This document shows positions 58,839 through 64,000 of a stretch of 64,000 nucleotides of DNA, piece by piece. A model generated the notes under the pieces. That model had not been told where the DNA came from, did no database searches, and worked only from the letters and a program-made list of their open reading frames with translations. The stretch is from NCBI GenBank assembly GCA_963793305.1, contig CAWBZV010000005.1, positions 64,001 to 128,000 on the forward strand. Reading direction: 5' to 3'. The first letter of the stretch is position 1, and each line of letters opens with the position of its first letter. A program made the translations under genes and the position numbers. Source of the stretch: an uncultured Gemmatimonadales bacterium. GTDB taxonomy: Bacteria > Gemmatimonadota > Gemmatimonadetes > Gemmatimonadales > Gemmatimonadaceae.

Positions 58839-59764
58839 CCGAGACGTGTGCCGACCGCGCTCCCACGCCCGCGTGCCCAGGCCTCGGCGGTCATTCGTGG
58901 CTTACCCGCCGGCTGCACATACGCGATGCAGACGGCTCCCTCGCCACACGCTACCGTGAGCCCACCGGCGTCGACGCCGAGGATTTCGCCGGGCGGTCGC
59001 TCATGGGTATGCGCCGCGGTGGCGCCGAACAGCTTGAGTTCCGCCTCGCCATTGGTGGTGAACGCGCCGGGCTTTGGATCATACGCCCGAATGCCGCGCG
59101 CGACGTGAACCGCCGGCTGCGCCCAATCGACTCGCGAGTGCTCGCGATCGACCTTTGGCGCGTATGTCGCGGCCGCGTCATCCTGCTGCTGCTCGATCGC
59201 GATTCCCAGGTCGACGAGGGTCAGCGCCTCGATCAACGCCAGCGCGCCCAGCTCGGCCAACCGGAGCGCGAGCTCCCCGTACGTCTCGTCCTCCGCAACC
59301 GGCGTCGCACGGCGCAACAGCATCGGCCCGGCGTCGAGCGCGGGCACCAGCCGCATGATGGTGACGCCCGTCTCGGTGAGGCCCTCCAGGACCGCCGCCT
59401 GGATCGGCGCGGCCCCCCGGAGATGCGGGAGCAATGACGCATGGACGTTGAACGTGCCGAGTCGCGGCGTATCGATCACGGTCTGCGTCAGGATGCGTCC
59501 GTATGCGACGACGATCGATGCGTCGGGCTCCAACGTCTCCAGCGCTTTGACGAACTCTGGGGACTTGGGCTGTTCCGGCTGCAACACCGGAATCCCTTCC
59601 TCGAGGGCGATGACCTTGACCGGCGATGGAACGAGCGTCGAGCGCGATCGACCCTGGGGACGGTCGGGTTGAGTGACAACGCCGACGACGTCGTGACCTT
59701 CGCCGATGAGCGCGCGCAGGGCGGGCGTCGCGAACTCGGGGGTCCCCCAAAAGACGATCCGCAC
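58835..59764 (-). CDS. fmt: Methionyl-tRNA formyltransferase
   Basis: MRIVFWGTPEFA, VTQPDRP, NVHASLLP..RGAAPI, LDAG. Confidence 0.97.
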   Translation of the reverse strand: MRIVFWGTPEFATPALRALIGEGHDVVGVVTQPDRPQGRSRSTLVPSPVKVIALEEGIPVLQPEQPKSPEFVKALETLEPDASIVVAYGRILTQTVIDTPRLGTFNVHASLLPHLRGAAPIQAAVLEGLTETGVTIMRLVPALDAGPMLLRRATPVAEDETYGELALRLAELGALALIEALTLVDLGIAIEQQQDDAAATYAPKVDREHSRVDWAQPAVHVARGIRAYDPKPGAFTTNGEAELKLFGATAAHTHERPPGEILGVDAGGLTVACGEGAVCIAYVQPAGKPRMTAEAWARGRGSAVGTRLG

Positions 59765-59768
59765 GACG

Positions 59769-60328
59769 CTACAGGTTCTCGTCGTCCGGCTTGCCGTTCT
59801 CCTCGGGAGTGGAGCGCACGGAGCGAATCAGATCGGGATACGCGCCTTTGAGCTCGTCCCACGTCGCCAGCGCAGCCTTCTTTTTGAGCACGCTCAGATA
59901 ATCGATGAAGAGCTTCCCATGCAGATGGTCGATCTCGTGCTGCAGGCACCGCGCGAGCAGCTCCGTGGCTTCCACCTCGAACGGCTCATAATCGCGATCG
60001 AGCGCCCGCACGATGACGTGTGCTGGTCGCTCGACGTCCCCGTACACCTCGGGGATCGACAGACACCCTTCCTCGGCTTTCGCCATACCACCATCGGCTA
60101 CGAGGATCTCGGGATTGATGAGCACCAGTGGCTGCTGGCGATCGACGTCGACAACGGTCAACCGCTCGATGCGCCCAATCTGGGGCGCCGCGAGCCCGAT
60201 GCCGCGCGCAGCGTACATGGTGTCGAACATGTCGTCGATCAGCCGCTGGAGCTCATCGTCGACCTTCTTCACGGTTGCCGTCTCCTTGCGCAGGATAGGC
60301 GACCCGAGCACGTGAATGTCCAGCAGGC

Positions 60329-60332
<4 letters not shown>
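59769..60332 (-). CDS. def: Peptide deformylase
   Basis: GIGLAAPQ, EGCLS, QHEIDHLHG. Confidence 0.98.
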
Positions 60333-62749
<2,417 letters not shown>

Positions 62750-62753
<4 letters not shown>

Positions 62754-63770
62754 AACAACTCCGGCTGCGCAGTCGGCGGCGTATACCCGAAGTGCTGATA
62801 CGCACGCTTGGTCGCGACCCGACCGCGTGGCGTCCGCTGCAAGAACCCATTCTGCACGAGAAACGGCTCGTACACTTCCTCGATGGTCTCGGCGTCCTCG
62901 CCGACGGCGGCGGCGACCGTGCCGAGGCCCACGGGCCCACCGTCGAACTTGTCGATGATGGCCTTGAGGATACGCGCATCCATATCGTCGAGCCCCATCT
63001 GATCGAACGTCGAGCATCGCCAGCGCCTGTGCCGCGACACTCTCGGTGATGCGTCCTTGCGCCCGCATCTGCGCGAAGTCCCGCACGCGCCGCAACAGCC
63101 GGTTCGCCACGCGCGGCGTGCCCCGCGACCGCCGCGCGATCTCATGAGTCCCACCTGCGTCGATGGGCACTTGCAGCACCTCGGCCGTCCGCCTGACGAT
63201 CTGCTCGAGATCCGAGTCGGGATAGTAGTTGAGCCGGAGCTCGATGCCGAATCGCGCTTTGAGCGGCGCCGAGATCATCCCGAGCCGCGTCGTCGCGCCA
63301 ACGAGCGTGAATCGCTCGATCGGCATCGTGATGGTATTCGCCTTGGGTCCTTCAGAGAGGCGGATCTCGATCTTGTAATCCTCCATCGCCGGATACAGGA
63401 ACTCCTCGATGACTGGCCGGAGGCGATGGATCTCGTCGATGAACAGCACGTCACCGCGGCGCAGATTCGTCAGGGTGCCAACCAAGTCCCCTGGCTTCTC
63501 CAACGATGGCCCCGATTTCTGATGAATATTGGCGCCAAGCTCGCGTGCGATGAGCTCGGCCAGCGTGGTCTTGCCGAGTCCAGGCGGCCCAAAAAATAGG
63601 GTATGATCGAGCGGCTCACGCCGCGCGAGCGCCGCGTCGATGCCAATCTGCAGGGTGTCTTTGACTTTCTGCTGCCCGATAAACTCCGACAGCCGCTGCG
63701 GTCTGAGCGACAGCTCGACGGGACCTTCTTCCGCGAGCTCCTCCGGTGTCGTGATCTCGGGCCTAGCCAT
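62750..63770 (-). CDS. ruvB: Holliday junction branch migration helicase, +1 frameshift near 63006
   Basis: [26 protein letters not shown] in one frame; GLDDMD, GGPVGL, EPFL, RTPRGR in the +1 frame. Joined length 339 aa. Confidence 0.96.
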
Positions 63771-64000
63771 GCACTCGAATATAAGCCGAAGAGTCTGGCG
63801 GAGGCTGACGGCGCCAGCGACGGTGATGCCAGAAATATTGTTCAGGATATTGGCGAATCACGCGCTCGAGTGCCGCCGTGAAGTTGGCGACGACGGTGTC
63901 GACATCGCGCTCGCGATCCCCGGTCTCCGGGACGGGGATGCCCTCGATATGCATGCGAAACCGGCCGTTCGGCAAGCGCATGGCCGCCATGGCAGCGACG
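63763..64000 (-). CDS. Lipid A / lysophospholipid acyltransferase (LpxL/HtrB-like), 3' end only
   Basis: C-terminal [20 protein letters not shown] motif. Confidence 0.85.
   Translation of the reverse strand, partial: VAAMAAMRLPNGRFRMHIEGIPVPETGDRERDVDTVVANFTAALERVIRQYPEQYFWHHRRWRRQPPPDSSAYIRVHG

Noticed and set aside
58839..58900. TPP riboswitch upstream of thiE
   Set aside because: The thiE start overlaps the fmt stop, and I saw no TPP aptamer consensus (CTGAGA) at the junction.

Overview
A very gene-dense, high-GC bacterial chromosome segment with about 60 CDSs. Many genes are translationally coupled (ATGA/GTGA overlaps) and intergenic spaces are tiny. Gene content and style suggest a diderm organism, probably Gemmatimonadota (inference only). 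Content is mostly core or housekeeping: mutY, gltA, glcDEF, ygfZ-like, aroB, pduO, ferredoxin-NADP reductase, tamAB, acpS, lgt, tsaD, rpe, rsmB, thiESG, fmt, def, yajC, tgt, queA, ruvB. Surface-glycan genes include two GT-C/ArnT-like transferases, an MBOAT fragment, an orphan Wzc and a GH18-deacetylase-GT2 fusion. Signalling genes include two NtrC-type regulators, a soluble His kinase, a REC-GGDEF protein, a soluble Ser/Thr kinase and a short sigma70. I found no rRNA, tRNA, CRISPR, transposase or prophage genes. Nine apparent frameshifts in eight genes are each repaired by deleting one base, mostly at ACGTTC, so they are probably sequencing artefacts; two of them produce the apparent ThiG-RsmB and RuvB-QueA fusions. 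Best leads: (1) a coupled trio of an NtrC-like regulator lacking GAFTGA, a 66-aa 8-Cys FYVE-like zinc-finger microprotein and an SH3-NlpC/P60 peptidase; (2) a 17-bp bidirectional leaderless promoter, with recurrent TANNNT-N6/7-start signals across the window; (3) a Met/Lys-repeat lipoprotein divergent from a molybdoenzyme/AAA+ operon; (4) a sigma54-type control region for an orphan Wzc; (5) two unannotated coupled micro-ORFs. All functional calls come from motif recognition by eye; no database search was run.
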